A stretch of DNA of 64,000 bases from the human T2T-CHM13v2.0 reference genome, Homo sapiens: NCBI RefSeq assembly GCF_009914755.1, contig NC_060925.1, one strand, 5' to 3'. A program made the translations under genes and the position numbers. The notes beneath the pieces were generated by a model. The model saw nothing but the letters and a program-made list of their open reading frames with translations. It did no database searches and was not told the origin of the DNA. Position 1 is the first letter of the stretch. The number at the start of each line of letters is the position of its first letter. Positions 30,338-43,159 of this stretch are shown here, piece after piece.

Positions 30338-33300
30338 GAGTACCATCCTCCTATTACTTAGCAAGTTCCATATTTATTCTGCACTTATTTCTTCAAAACA
30401 ATCGTTTATTCATAATTTAATAAAAAAACAAAGAAAAAATCATTTATTCATTTAAAAAAGTTTATTGTATGCCTACTCTGTTTCTGTGTGTCAGTCTGTG
30501 TGCTCGGTAATGGGAGTTGCAAAAATAAAAAGACAGGGTACCTTCCCTAGAGGTAAACGTAAACTAGCTTAATTTTGCAACATTTTATTATGGAAAATGG
30601 TATACACAGTTCTCAAACAGCCCAGAGGAAAGTAAACTAAGGAAGTTTACTGAGACTGGGAGGGGAAAGGTGAAAAGAAAGGGATACACAAAACGACCAG
30701 TGATGAATAGGTAGAAGTTCAGCAGGCAGGTGCAAAAACATTCCAGGAAAAGGCATGGAGGGATGAAATAGTATCAGGGTGTTCAGGTAACTGAACAGTA
30801 TTATTACTATATTATATATTATATTATAGTATTGTGAAATTCAACATAAATTCTTAACCCCGCCTCCTTTGAGTCTATATTTCACACGTCTCCTCTCTCT
30901 ATTACTTCTCAGCCTAACATTCAGTAAACATATATGGAGCACCTACTATATACCAGGCATTGTGTTATATATGGGGAATACAAAGCGAAATAGGACCTGG
31001 CCCCTCCCATTCAGAACCCAAGCATGAGGAACCTGCGTTCCTACCAGGGCAAGGTTCCATACATTTAGAGGGAGCCTTGAACTGAGGCAGACGTGATCCA
31101 TCCTTGAGCACTGCAGACACACGCTGCTTCCCCAGGAAATCGCCTGCAGGTGCACACCAACAACTCCCCTGTCTGCCTACCACATGCCAGCTTAATCCAC
31201 GTAGGAAATAAGAAACCACAACCTAGGAAGGTCCTGGCCTAGCCTAGGTCTGCAGTTTCTGTCTTTAACTGCTTTTACCCTCTTCCTTTATGGATGCCTT
31301 CCCGAAGCACCGTGGTTTCCTCCAGCCCTCTCTAATCTATAGAATTTTTTAGGGATCCCTATTCATTCTATCCTGCCCAGCCAAGGCATTACAAAATCAG
31401 GTTCATCTAACCTGAGTTCAGATCCACATTCTACCATCCACTGGCTTGGGTAGGCTACTTACTCTGAGCCTCAGCTGCCTCATTTGTAAAAGGGAAAATG
31501 TACCATCTATCTTATGGGGTTGTTGAGAGTATTAAATGAGATTATTCATGTAAAGTACCCAAAGCAATGCCTATTACATAGTAATTATCTAATATACTGG
31601 TTTCTTCCTTCTGTTTCCTCTTTGGTACCCTGCAGACAAGGACAGGACAAATCTAGCCATCCTCTGTGCCCACTGCAGGTAGTTTGTCCTGACCTACCCA
31701 CTGAAATAGAATGAGGAAAGATGCGGTAGCCCTTTCAGGCAACAGGAAATGTGGCCGTGTAGAGGCAGGTCCTCTACTCAGCCAAGGAAATCAAAACATG
31801 CACACAACTGTGAAGTATGCCTTCAACCACAAGGTTCCTTCCTTGTGCTCCCACACTCATGGCTTAGCAAGCCATCAGCCTCCCAGATAAATATTGTAGA
31901 GACATAGGACCCAGCTCTGTGTAGACACAGAACCATGGCCTACAGACTGACCCACTGGGTGAAGTTAGGCCCTTGCTAAACCTGCTGGACCGAAGGGACA
32001 TGGACTGCACTATTTGAATAGGAGCCTGTTGTCTTTATCTTTTAGTGTTCAGAGCCTGCAGCAGAGCAGCAAATAGAACTGGCAGCTCCAACAAGGCTGC
32101 ATCTCACTTTTTAACCATGCACCAAGAACTGGAAATGCAGAAATGTAGGCCAGCCCCCAGAGGGCCTTAGTAAATCCTTCCGAGATGAACTTTCCCTGGG
32201 AGGGGTGACTACAGCTTTGTGCAGTGCATTATCTAACAGCATTTGTGTTGAGGGCCTTTAGAATCCCTGTCTCAGGTCAGTTAATCTGTCTGGTTAGAAG
32301 AAATACGCTGTGTCCAACTCTTGGTTAAGGCAGGAGCTGTCCGGCTCCGTCTCTGCACTAAGGAGAAGTGTTGTCATTTAGGCCATATGTCAGAATCTCT
32401 CTAATTAGGTGTCCAGTTCTGGGAATATGTGTCAGCCCTGCAGCAGTGGGTACTCTAGGAAACAGGATTATTTGTGCTCCCCACACTATACCTGCAACTC
32501 CTTTTCAATATCCACCTACAGGTTAACTCATATTTTTAATCCTAGCCATGGTGCTTGATCCTGAGGCTTGGGGTGATTTTTTTCAACTAGGACAAGGAAG
32601 AGAAGAAACATTGCAAATGAGATCATCAAGTGATGGTGGGTCCTGACTATGATAGATTTGAGAACCTTTGTCAACCCTTATATAGATAATTTAGTAAAGA
32701 TAAAGGGCAGGCCAATGATTCTGATCAGGAAAGCAAAGATTTAATGATGGTGGCTGGTGAGGACTGTGGGTAGTGTGGTTGGGAGAACAAATCAGGCCCT
32801 GTGCTTGAAGTCAAGTGGTCCAGGAAATAAAATATGCACTCCCACTGTGAAGCATGCCTTTGAAATGAAGACCAAAAGGTCTTGGTTTAGCAGCGTCAAC
32901 TCTTTAAGGCCACCAAACTTGGCTGGACATCGTCCTATCCCCACCCTCCTGACCCCTAAGTCCTTCTTATACGGTAGGGAGTATTAGAGTTTTTCCAGAT
33001 TTGCTTTGTGGAAATGTGCAACATCCAACAACATGCATAAGGCAGAACGCAAGTGTGTAGACCCTGTTGAGACAGCCTGCTGGAAGGTCAGGGGTCCTGG
33101 AGCCAGGTGGAAATGGAAGTAGGTATCCCAGCAGAGGGAGAACCAGGACCCTGGTTACAAGCAGCCATGACTCTCTGCCTGGAAAACTGACAGTTCTTAT
33201 AGATAAAGCTAAAGCATTCATCCACTTTATTTTTAACTTTCACTATCTCTGTAAGCCTTCCTTTAATATCTGTATAGTAATTAATTGTATTTTAGTTCCA

Positions 33301-34119
33301 TGGAACCTGTATATTATTTTTAAGCAACATGTATCTAAGCATTACAAGCAGGGTAAGATATTTTGCAACAGTTCGTTTTCCTAATAACTGAGATTTAATG
33401 AAGCTAATAGTCTCATCTTTAGATATAATGCATTCCAGCTACCAGATATAACCTATCTTCTTAGCAAAGTTCCATGAAATTCTATTTTAATTTTTGTGTG
33501 TAATATTCATTCTACCCTGTTCTTACTGCAAAAGTATTGAATCTGTTAAAAAGAGAAGGTAAAAATTGCTACTAACGGTAGAGGTACATTTGGGGATAGA
33601 TGCAATATACTTATTGCATCAGATTCTAATGGGATTTTATTTGGTTGAGAGTTAGCCTTTTCCATATCAAATGCCCTTCTTGGGCATTTCCAGCCCATGA
33701 AACAAGGCATCATGGAACAGCCTGGCTATATGATGCCATTGTTTGATTTTACATTTGCCTTTCTCCCCTGTATCCCAAAGTTGACCTACAGAGAAGCGTG
33801 GGCTGTGTTAACAAAGCTATAGGATCCACAGGTCATTTGTTTTCAAACAAAGCACGTATGTGCATTTCTTTAAAAAAGCAATTATGAGTAATGTTTAGAA
33901 TAAATATCCATAAAATGAGGACAGTGGTTTAATAGTTAATAATTAGCCTGTGACCAGTGCTCCTTTGAATAGAGTATTGCTGCTTAAAGGAGGAATAACA
34001 GTAGTAAGATGCTATTTCACGTGATGCTCAGTACCCTGAGAAATTACTGGTCTACAAAAGTGAAAACAGCAAGTCAGATTAGTAGCTGGACAGATTATAG
34101 AAACCTGCCAGCTGAGTCA

Positions 34120-34647
<528 letters not shown>

Positions 34648-34754
34648 TTACAAGTTATTATTTTAAATCTAAAATGCAATTGGTTTTAGCTGTAATATTT
34701 TAGATCATATGAATCAGAACTGCTGAACTCACTACCTAAGTTACTTCATTTTAG

Positions 34755-34807
34755 GTGTTCCAAATAGCTGTTGGCTGTGATGATAAAAAATTCATTGCAA
34801 TTAAAGG
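34755..34807 (+). CDS. CATSPERE: CatSper-epsilon coding exon (53 nt; VFQIAVGCDDKKFIAIKG)
   Basis: cattttag/GTG ... GG/gtaagt; phase 0 to 2. Confidence 0.92.
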
Positions 34808-36689
34808 GTAAGTATATTTCCATTTGACCTGTGTTACTCTTTAAGTTTTAAAACAAATGGTAAACTAAGTGATAACTGCTAGTGATAATAGCCTAATGAC
34901 TGACACATCCACAATGAAATCCAAAACTGAATTGACGTTCATGCCTAGATTCAATTGGTTTAAACTTTTGCCAAGTTAAATACTACATTTGAATCATACT
35001 AAAAATAAAAAGAATTAGCCTCTTTCTCTATTACTAGCATTTTTTCTCTACCTTCCCTTTTAATAAGCCAGTTTCTGTCCTTCACAGTTGCCTCTCTCAA
35101 CTCTTCAGTCTACGGCTCATTCCCAGAAAAATAGGAGGGAGAAACACTTACCAGTTTTCCATCCTTCTCAAACCAGTTATAATTTCATTTCCATCAGAGA
35201 ACTGCTTACACCCATATCAGAGAAGCCTCAGTTTTCTGCACCATTTTCTATGGGAAATTTCTTAGAACAAGCCTAGCAGAACCACAGTGATTGCCCTAGA
35301 GAATCCCAACGTGTGAATTTTGTCGGTTCTACTATGGTTCATGATGAAGCACGTTGGACTCTGTGTCTTCCATTCACCATACCTCTCTTTCTTCTACATG
35401 GGAGAAAATCAAAGGCAGCATACACAAATCTGTTTAGCTGAGGCTAAATGTATAACAGAGACAGAAATTTATTGTGATTCCTTTCCTTCAGTTAGGAGTG
35501 GGAGTGAGAGTCGGGGAACATTGACTCTTATCTGAGTATTTATGAAATTACTTGCTGACATCCAAAACAAATATCTACTCCTCTGTCATTCTAATAATCT
35601 TTTAATTATTACTGAGTTGTAATAATCAGTTGCTGGATTGATAATTAAGTATTTGCATCTCATTCAGCATTTCCTAAATTTGCATTTCCTAACATCTTTG
35701 CACCCGTAATTCCTTTCCCAGAAAATGCAAAAAGGCTAGTTGATTTATATAGCCGGTATCATCCTATTTCAGGGATGATTTACATCTTTGCTCCTTAGAG
35801 TATGGCCTATGGACCAACACTGGCATCACCTGAGAACTTGTTAGAAATGTAGATTCTCAGGCCTCATCCCACACCTGCTGAATCAAAATCTGCATTTTAA
35901 CAAAATTTCCAGGAGATTACAAGGAGCACTAACATTTGAGAATAACTGGTGCAAACGTTACCAAAATCAGTTCCCAGTACCGCTGCATGCAGAATGCCTT
36001 CTCAGGCCCGATTTCCTTCTAAAGTGAGATGGAAAGCAGCTTGAAGCAGTCTGTTTCTAGAAGGGTCCGAATAATAACTATCAAGCTCAGTTACTCATCA
36101 GAATCACTTGGAGAACATGTTTTGAAAACATGGATTTTAGGACCTTACTCTGGGCCTCTTAGTCAATGACCCACTTCCCTGGAACCCTAAAAACTCTAAT
36201 ATCTTGGGCTCAAGTTACAGTGGGCCTATGGATTTTACAGTCACCAGGGGAGACCTGGAATAGCATGGGGTCCAAGTTACTTTTGGAGAGCCAGGGACTT
36301 GTCAATGAAGGAGAGTTGTCAACTCTTGGGGTCCAATTTGTGTTCAGGGTGAGGGATGGTCTAGACTTCCAATATCTATCTAAAAATGGTGGTGACAAGG
36401 GTTCTTTCTAAGTTCCACTGGAAGCAGCCAGCTAAAATGGTCAGATGAATAATTTACCTAACTAAAAACTCCTATAATTACAACGATCATTATAGCCTTC
36501 TGTCTTATGAACCCTAACTAGAAATTATGTTAATCCTTAAAATAACTCCTTACCTGCACAATAGTAGCAACTAGAAATCTTGCATTTAAAAGAAGTTTAC
36601 ATCTAATAAAACAGTCCAAAGAAATTTGTTTTCATTTTGATAGATTTTCTATGAGTTTTTTTGTGTGTGCATGTGTGTTTTACCATGGC

Positions 36690-37690
36690 AGCTTTTTAAA
36701 AAGTGTGATGAAATTCACATAATATAAATTTACCATTCTAAAGTATAGAATTCAATGGAATTAAGTACCTTCACGATGTTGTACAGCTAGCACCACTATC
36801 TAGTTCCACAATATTTTTGTCACCCCAAAAGGAAACTCTTTACCCAGTTAGCAGTCATTTCCCATTCTCCCTTTCCCCCAGCCCCTGGCAACCATAATCT
36901 GCTGTCTCAAAACCATAATCTCTATGGATTTGCCTGCTCTGAATATTTCACATAAATGGAATCCTACAACATATGACCTTTTGTGTCCAGCTGCATTCAC
37001 CTAAGTCTGCTTTTGAGGTTCAACAGGCATGTATTAGTCCTTCCTTCCCTTTTACGGCTGAGTAATATTCCATTGAATGGATGTACCACATTTTGTTTAT
37101 CCATCCAGCAGTTCATGGATATTTGGGATGTTTCTACCTTCTGGCTTTTGTGAATAGTGCAGCTATGAATATTTGTGTACAGGTGTTTGTTTGAACACCT
37201 GTTTTGAATTATTGTGGGTATCTACCTAGGAGTGGAATTGCTAGGTTGTATGGTAATCCTATGTTTAACTTGTTAAGGAACCTCCGAGCTGTTTTCCATA
37301 GCAGCTGCACTGTTTTACATTATCACCAGCAATATATATGGGTCCCAATTTCTCTGCTTCCTTGCCAACTCTTGTTTCTTTCTGTGTTGGGGAGTTTTTG
37401 GTTTTTGTTCTGATTTGACAGATAAAATTGTATGTATTTAGTGTGTACCACATGATGTTTTAAAATACATTGTGGACTGACTGAATCTAGCTAGTTAACA
37501 TATGTCTTACCTCACATAGTTATCATTTTGGTGGTAAGAAAACACTTCACATCTACTCTCTTTGCGTTTTTCAAGAATACAATATATCATGAACTAAAGT
37601 CACCATGTTGTACAATAGACCTCTGGAACTTACTCCTCCTATCTAATTGAAATTGTCTATCTTTTGAGCAACCTCTCCCCAAGCCCTGCA
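36690..37690 (-). mobile_element. Two adjacent or nested old L1M 3' fragments
   Basis: Reverse-complement L1MA/MB 3' end motifs. Confidence 0.7.
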
Positions 37691-37953
37691 TCTGCTATAA
37701 TTTTTAATAAGCATGTATCAAATATAAGAGATAAATCAGTAGATTTCAAATTCTGGTATCTCCTGAAACATTTATGAAACTGATGTTTTAAAAACAGAAA
37801 TGCTAAGGCTACACACTAACCAGAGATTCTAATTCAGTAAATGATGATTCTCTGACACTCTCCTGTTTGAGAATCACTGAGTTAAATGATTAAATGTTTT
37901 TGCAAATATTTAAGAAATGATATTTCAACTTCATTATGTTTTGTCTTTTGTAG

Positions 37954-38004
37954 ATTTAGTAAAAAAGGATGTCATCACCATGATTTTTCATACGTGATTG
38001 AAAA
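37954..38004 (+). CDS. CATSPERE: CatSper-epsilon coding exon (51 nt; FSKKGCHHHDFSYVIEK)
   Basis: cttttgtag/A ... AA/gtaaga; phase 2 to 2. Confidence 0.92.
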
Positions 38005-38322
38005 GTAAGAAATTTTTTAACATAAGCACTGAGTTTTATATTAACGTAGTACCAATACTTTACAATCAGTACTTATTCAGTGGATTATTATTAGCATCCA
38101 TGTGTTCGGCTTGACACTGTGCAGTCAGTTTTAGCATTAAGCAAAATGTGTAGATGGTATAATTAACTTTCCTGAAACATACAAGAGTCAGTCTTCCCCC
38201 TTCAATTTAATTGGATAAGCAAAGCAAGCCTCATTTACATATATGTAGTCTCAAATCTCATATTGCTCCCTGTAATTTAAGGAAGACATACAAGAATTTT
38301 TTTCCTTACATAATTTTTCTCA

Positions 38323-38490
<168 letters not shown>

Positions 38491-39664
38491 TTAAATTCTA
38501 CAAGACTGTAGTTCAGCTAGTTAGAAGTAATATATTTACCCGGAAAGTCCTGACATCAAATATTCTACTAACTGAATTTTTTCTAGATTTTATATTTAAT
38601 TGTATGCATATTTATTTTTAATAATGTGATGTATTAAAGATATAACTAAATAAAATTTGACTTTTACCTTTGTAAGATAAAGATCTTCATTTTTAAATGT
38701 TAAATATTTGTTAGACTGTCAAAATATAGAAGTCCACAGCCTCTGAAATATTTACAAGCATCTTTGAAAAGCTATGAAATTTTCTAATTCTAATTAGAAA
38801 TTATTATTTAAAATAATAAGTAGTCTAATTTATTAATTAAAATAAATGAAAGAATGTTTAACCAGTAGGCATATTCTTTAAGTGATTTCATTAATTAAGG
38901 CAGGGTGGAGAGTGGCCCAGCCTAGATGCTCCAGGTTGCAATGCTTAGTGAAAGCCATTGGTGAAATACAAGGATGAGAAGAAAATGTTTAATAGTTGAT
39001 GAGGACACCACCTTTTAGTGTCTAGCTGGCAGCTGCACCTGAAAGGCAAGAATATGAAATAGACTCTGTCACTGTGATGGGGGTTTCCTGAGTCTGTCCC
39101 CTGCAACGTGGTAACATACATGGAACATATGGCTGGAAACAGTGATTCAAGTGTGAGGACTGAGAAGACAGGGAATGTGGGGGAGGTGATTTTGAAGGAA
39201 TAAGTCCTTGAGTTCATGAACGTGAAGCATTCCACTCTCGTGAGAAATCTAAATTAGGAAACATCAAGTTTTAAAATACACATCTATTGTTACTGATTCT
39301 GATGTATCTTATTCTTTCATCTGTTAATATTCTGGGAAGAACTGTACTGGAATAGCACAACGAACATGGGCTTTATTGTCACACATCCTGCTCAGTAGTA
39401 AAGCAAGGTCTGCAGCCTTGAACGAGTTTCACACAGTTTCTGAGAATAGTACCAGATCTACAAAGAGAGGACAGTAATTCACGCCTTAGTGGTTGTAAGA
39501 ACGTGTTAATATGTGTGGATATACATGTAGAAAGTGCCTCAGTATTTCATAATTATATTTATCTGTTTGACCTTTGTGATACCTCCTTACCTAAACAAAG
39601 TCATGGGTTTAGTTTTAAGTTTGAAAAGAGGAAAGAGAAATAATGAGGAATGTCTTTTTCACAG

Positions 39665-39698
39665 GTCATATCTGAGGCATCAGCCATCGAAAAACTTG
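39665..39698 (+). CDS. CATSPERE: CatSper-epsilon coding exon (34 nt; SYLRHQPSKNL)
   Basis: tttttcacag/G ... TTG/gtaaga; phase 2 to 0. Confidence 0.9.
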
Positions 39699-39768
39699 GT
39701 AAGAAAATGATAAAATTCTGTCAATGGACCAAATATATAAAATCACTAAAGTAGTTTTCCTTTTCTAG

Positions 39769-39848
39769 AGAGTAAGGTATATTTGGGGAGAATATGGCTG
39801 CCCTCTGAGGCTTGACTTCACAGAAAAGTTTCAACCTGTGGTTCAACT
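39769..39848 (+). CDS. CATSPERE: CatSper-epsilon coding exon (80 nt; RVRYIWGEYGCPLRLDFTEKFQPVVQL)
   Basis: ccttttctag/AGA ... CT/gtaagt; phase 0 to 2. Confidence 0.92.
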
Positions 39849-40308
39849 GTAAGTATATTCTCATCAACATTTTAACTTATATTGAAAGTTTCAAACTCAA
39901 AGCACGAAAACAAGACTAATTGATCATGCATCTAACAACACGTATTTTAGACTCTACTCAATATATGCGAGACTTGGTTTTCAGTACTAGTTATACAAAG
40001 CTGGGCCGTGATGGTCCCTGCATGTTGAGGGACATCACTATTTGGCAGCCGAAATTTCAATGGGTAAGAGAGCTGAGAGCCTGCCTGTCAGGGAAGCCCT
40101 TGCTTTATCCCCTCTGAATCTCTCCCCAGGCTCCTACCAGCACCCCTGCCTATTTGGTAGGAACTACCTTCCCCAGGTGATATAACTTCTCTTTCCACAA
40201 GCCAATAATAAATGAAAGCTTATAAGGAAAGAAACTAGATTGCCGACAAGTACATTGAGGGCATTTCAAAAATATTATCCCTAAATCAATTCTTATAGAC
40301 AATATTTC

Positions 40309-40612
<304 letters not shown>

Positions 40613-41919
40613 TCATAATAAAAATATGAATGAAATGCTATTAGGAAGACTTTTCCAAGTGATTTTGTATTTGTTTGCTTTCGTCTCTGACTTTATTCTT
40701 TTATTCTTGGCTTATTATTATAAAAGTTATACAGCTTGTTACAAAATTTAAAATATAGAAAAAATACGAGGTAAACGACTCACATTTCTAAATTTTTTGC
40801 TATTGTAAATAAATAATAGTGAATATCCATTCATGTACATGTTTGGTCACGAGTCCAGGTATGCTGTTAGGGTAGACTGCTGGAAGTAAAATTCCTATGT
40901 CTAAAACATCAACAAAATGTTCTTAGTCAAGGCTTTCAGCTTTTGGGGACCTCCTAGGCTGCAGACAGCTTCTGAGATCTCTCAGGGTGGGTAGGTATAG
41001 AAGTAATGAATCAGACGCTCCAGTTTAGTTTTGCTACCAGAACTTTTCCCACTGGGATCCTGCAGGCCTCTGCCAGCATGGTCTGGCCCCTAACCCTCGC
41101 CCATGGCACTTCTAAGACTCTACCATGTGCCCTTTCCATCTTAAATCATACTCCAGCAGTCCGTCTCTCAGAGCTCTCCATGCTATCCAGCTAATCTGCT
41201 TGCTTTCTTAGTTTTGATCTTCTTCTAGACACCCAATCATGTCACTGCTTTTCCTGGGCACCTGAAGCACTGCTTTCCCTACCAGAGGCCTAGTGTGTTT
41301 GTGTTTTCGTGTTTGTTTATGTAATGCTTAACCTGCCAAGTTTAAAAAATCTTAATCTTCTTTCTCAGAGAAGTGCACTCTTCAGTTCATCATTGCTAAA
41401 CACCTACTTTACACCAAGAACGGTGCTAGGCCCTGGAAATGGAAAGATAAGTGACAGGATTTCTACCCTCAGAAGCAGAAGAGTCTGATAGAGCAGATAA
41501 ACATATGCGCAGATATGCTGAGTGTAATGACAGAATGGAGCAGTGTGGGTGGATAGTATTGAAACTCAAAAGATTCCAACCCAGCTATAAAGAGAGCGAG
41601 GCTCTGGGAAATGCTCCAGAAGACTTGCATTTGAGCTAAGTCACTGAGTCTTATGGATAATGAGTATTTTGCTAGAGGCAGAGGAGGGAAGGAGAGAAGT
41701 GGGGAGAGTAATGTTGAATTCTGCTGGGTAAGTCTTTCAAGTAAAACAGACAGTTGGAGGAAGAAAATTTATAGTTCAAACGGTGTGATATTGTTGAGGC
41801 AAAAATTAGTCATGAAGTCTCAGGAGAAGAGGCCAGGAAGCTAGCTAGGTGGATTCCACACCACGGAAGGCCTTCTATCAAGTCTTACGGTGGAGTGGCA
41901 TGATCAAATATTTGCTTTA

Positions 41920-42279
<360 letters not shown>

Positions 42280-42322
42280 CTAAGTAGGGAGACCAGCTAG
42301 TCAACTGTATTGGTAGTCCTGG

Positions 42323-42781
42323 TGAGGTAGGAGATCAGCAGGACTTGTTTTCACAACCCTGTCGATCAAAACAGGATGTAGCCAAGAAACTGGCCAAAAC
42401 CAGCTAGCACTTGGAATTATAATACATTTGCATAAGACATTCCCACCGGCACCATGACAGTACAAATGCCATGGCAATAACTCAGAAGTTTTCTTATATG
42501 GTTCCAGAAAGTCCCTTCCCCCCTTCTAGAAAATTCTTGAATAGCCCTCCCCTTATTTAGCATATATTTATGAGTAGGTATAAATATAGCTAGCCAGCAA
42601 TCCATGAGTGCTACTCTGCCTATGCGATAGCCCTGCTCCGTCTACAGAGCAGCCATTCTGCTGTACGCTTCACTCTAATAAACTTGCTTTCTTTCACTGT
42701 CAGCTCAATCTTGAATTCTTTCCTGAGTGAAGCCAAAAAACCTCCCAAGCTGAGCCCCAAGTGTGGGGTTCACCTGCATCA
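42323..42781 (+). mobile_element. ERV1 solo LTR (MER66/MER41-like)
   Basis: TGAGG...ATCA ends, TATAAATA 42579, AATAAA ~42677, flanks ctgg/ctag. Confidence 0.8.
42523..42586 (+). promoter_or_regulatory. Four-pentamer heat-shock element plus TATA box within the LTR
   Basis: cTTCt aGAAa aTTCt tGAAt (42523-42542), TATAAATA 36 bp downstream; motif only. Confidence 0.45.
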
Positions 42782-42860
42782 CTAGGAAGAGAAAAACAGA
42801 TGACTGAAATAGCAACAAGGACAAAGAAAAAGAATCCTGTATAAGAAAATTAGTGATTAT

Positions 42861-43062
42861 ACACACCGGGGCCTGTCTGGGGTGGGGGGCAAGGGGAGGG
42901 AGAGGATTAGGACAAATACCTCACGCATGCGGGGCTTAAAACCTAGATGATGGCTTGATAGGCGCAGCAAACCACCATGGCACATGTATACCTATGTAAC
43001 AAACCTGCACGTTCAGTACATGTATCCCAGAACCTAAAGTAAATTTTAAAAAAAAAAAAAAA
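42861..43062 (+). mobile_element. 5'-truncated L1PA 3' end
   Basis: L1PA 3'UTR and poly(A); TSD aagaaaattagtgatt / aagaaaatgagtgatt. Confidence 0.9.
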
Positions 43063-43159
43063 GAAAATGAGTGATTGTAATAGGCAGGGCTTGATAATTG
43101 ATAGATGTGAGTGGTAAGGGTAAGAGAATGAGGAACATGAATGACTCCAAGGTGACATT

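Noticed and set aside
31600-33200. Moderately GC-rich, apparently unique stretch as a hidden gene or pseudogene (similar stretch at ~60470-61050)
   Set aside because: No recognisable protein, poly(A)/TSD or exon structure by eye; would need BLAST or Dfam
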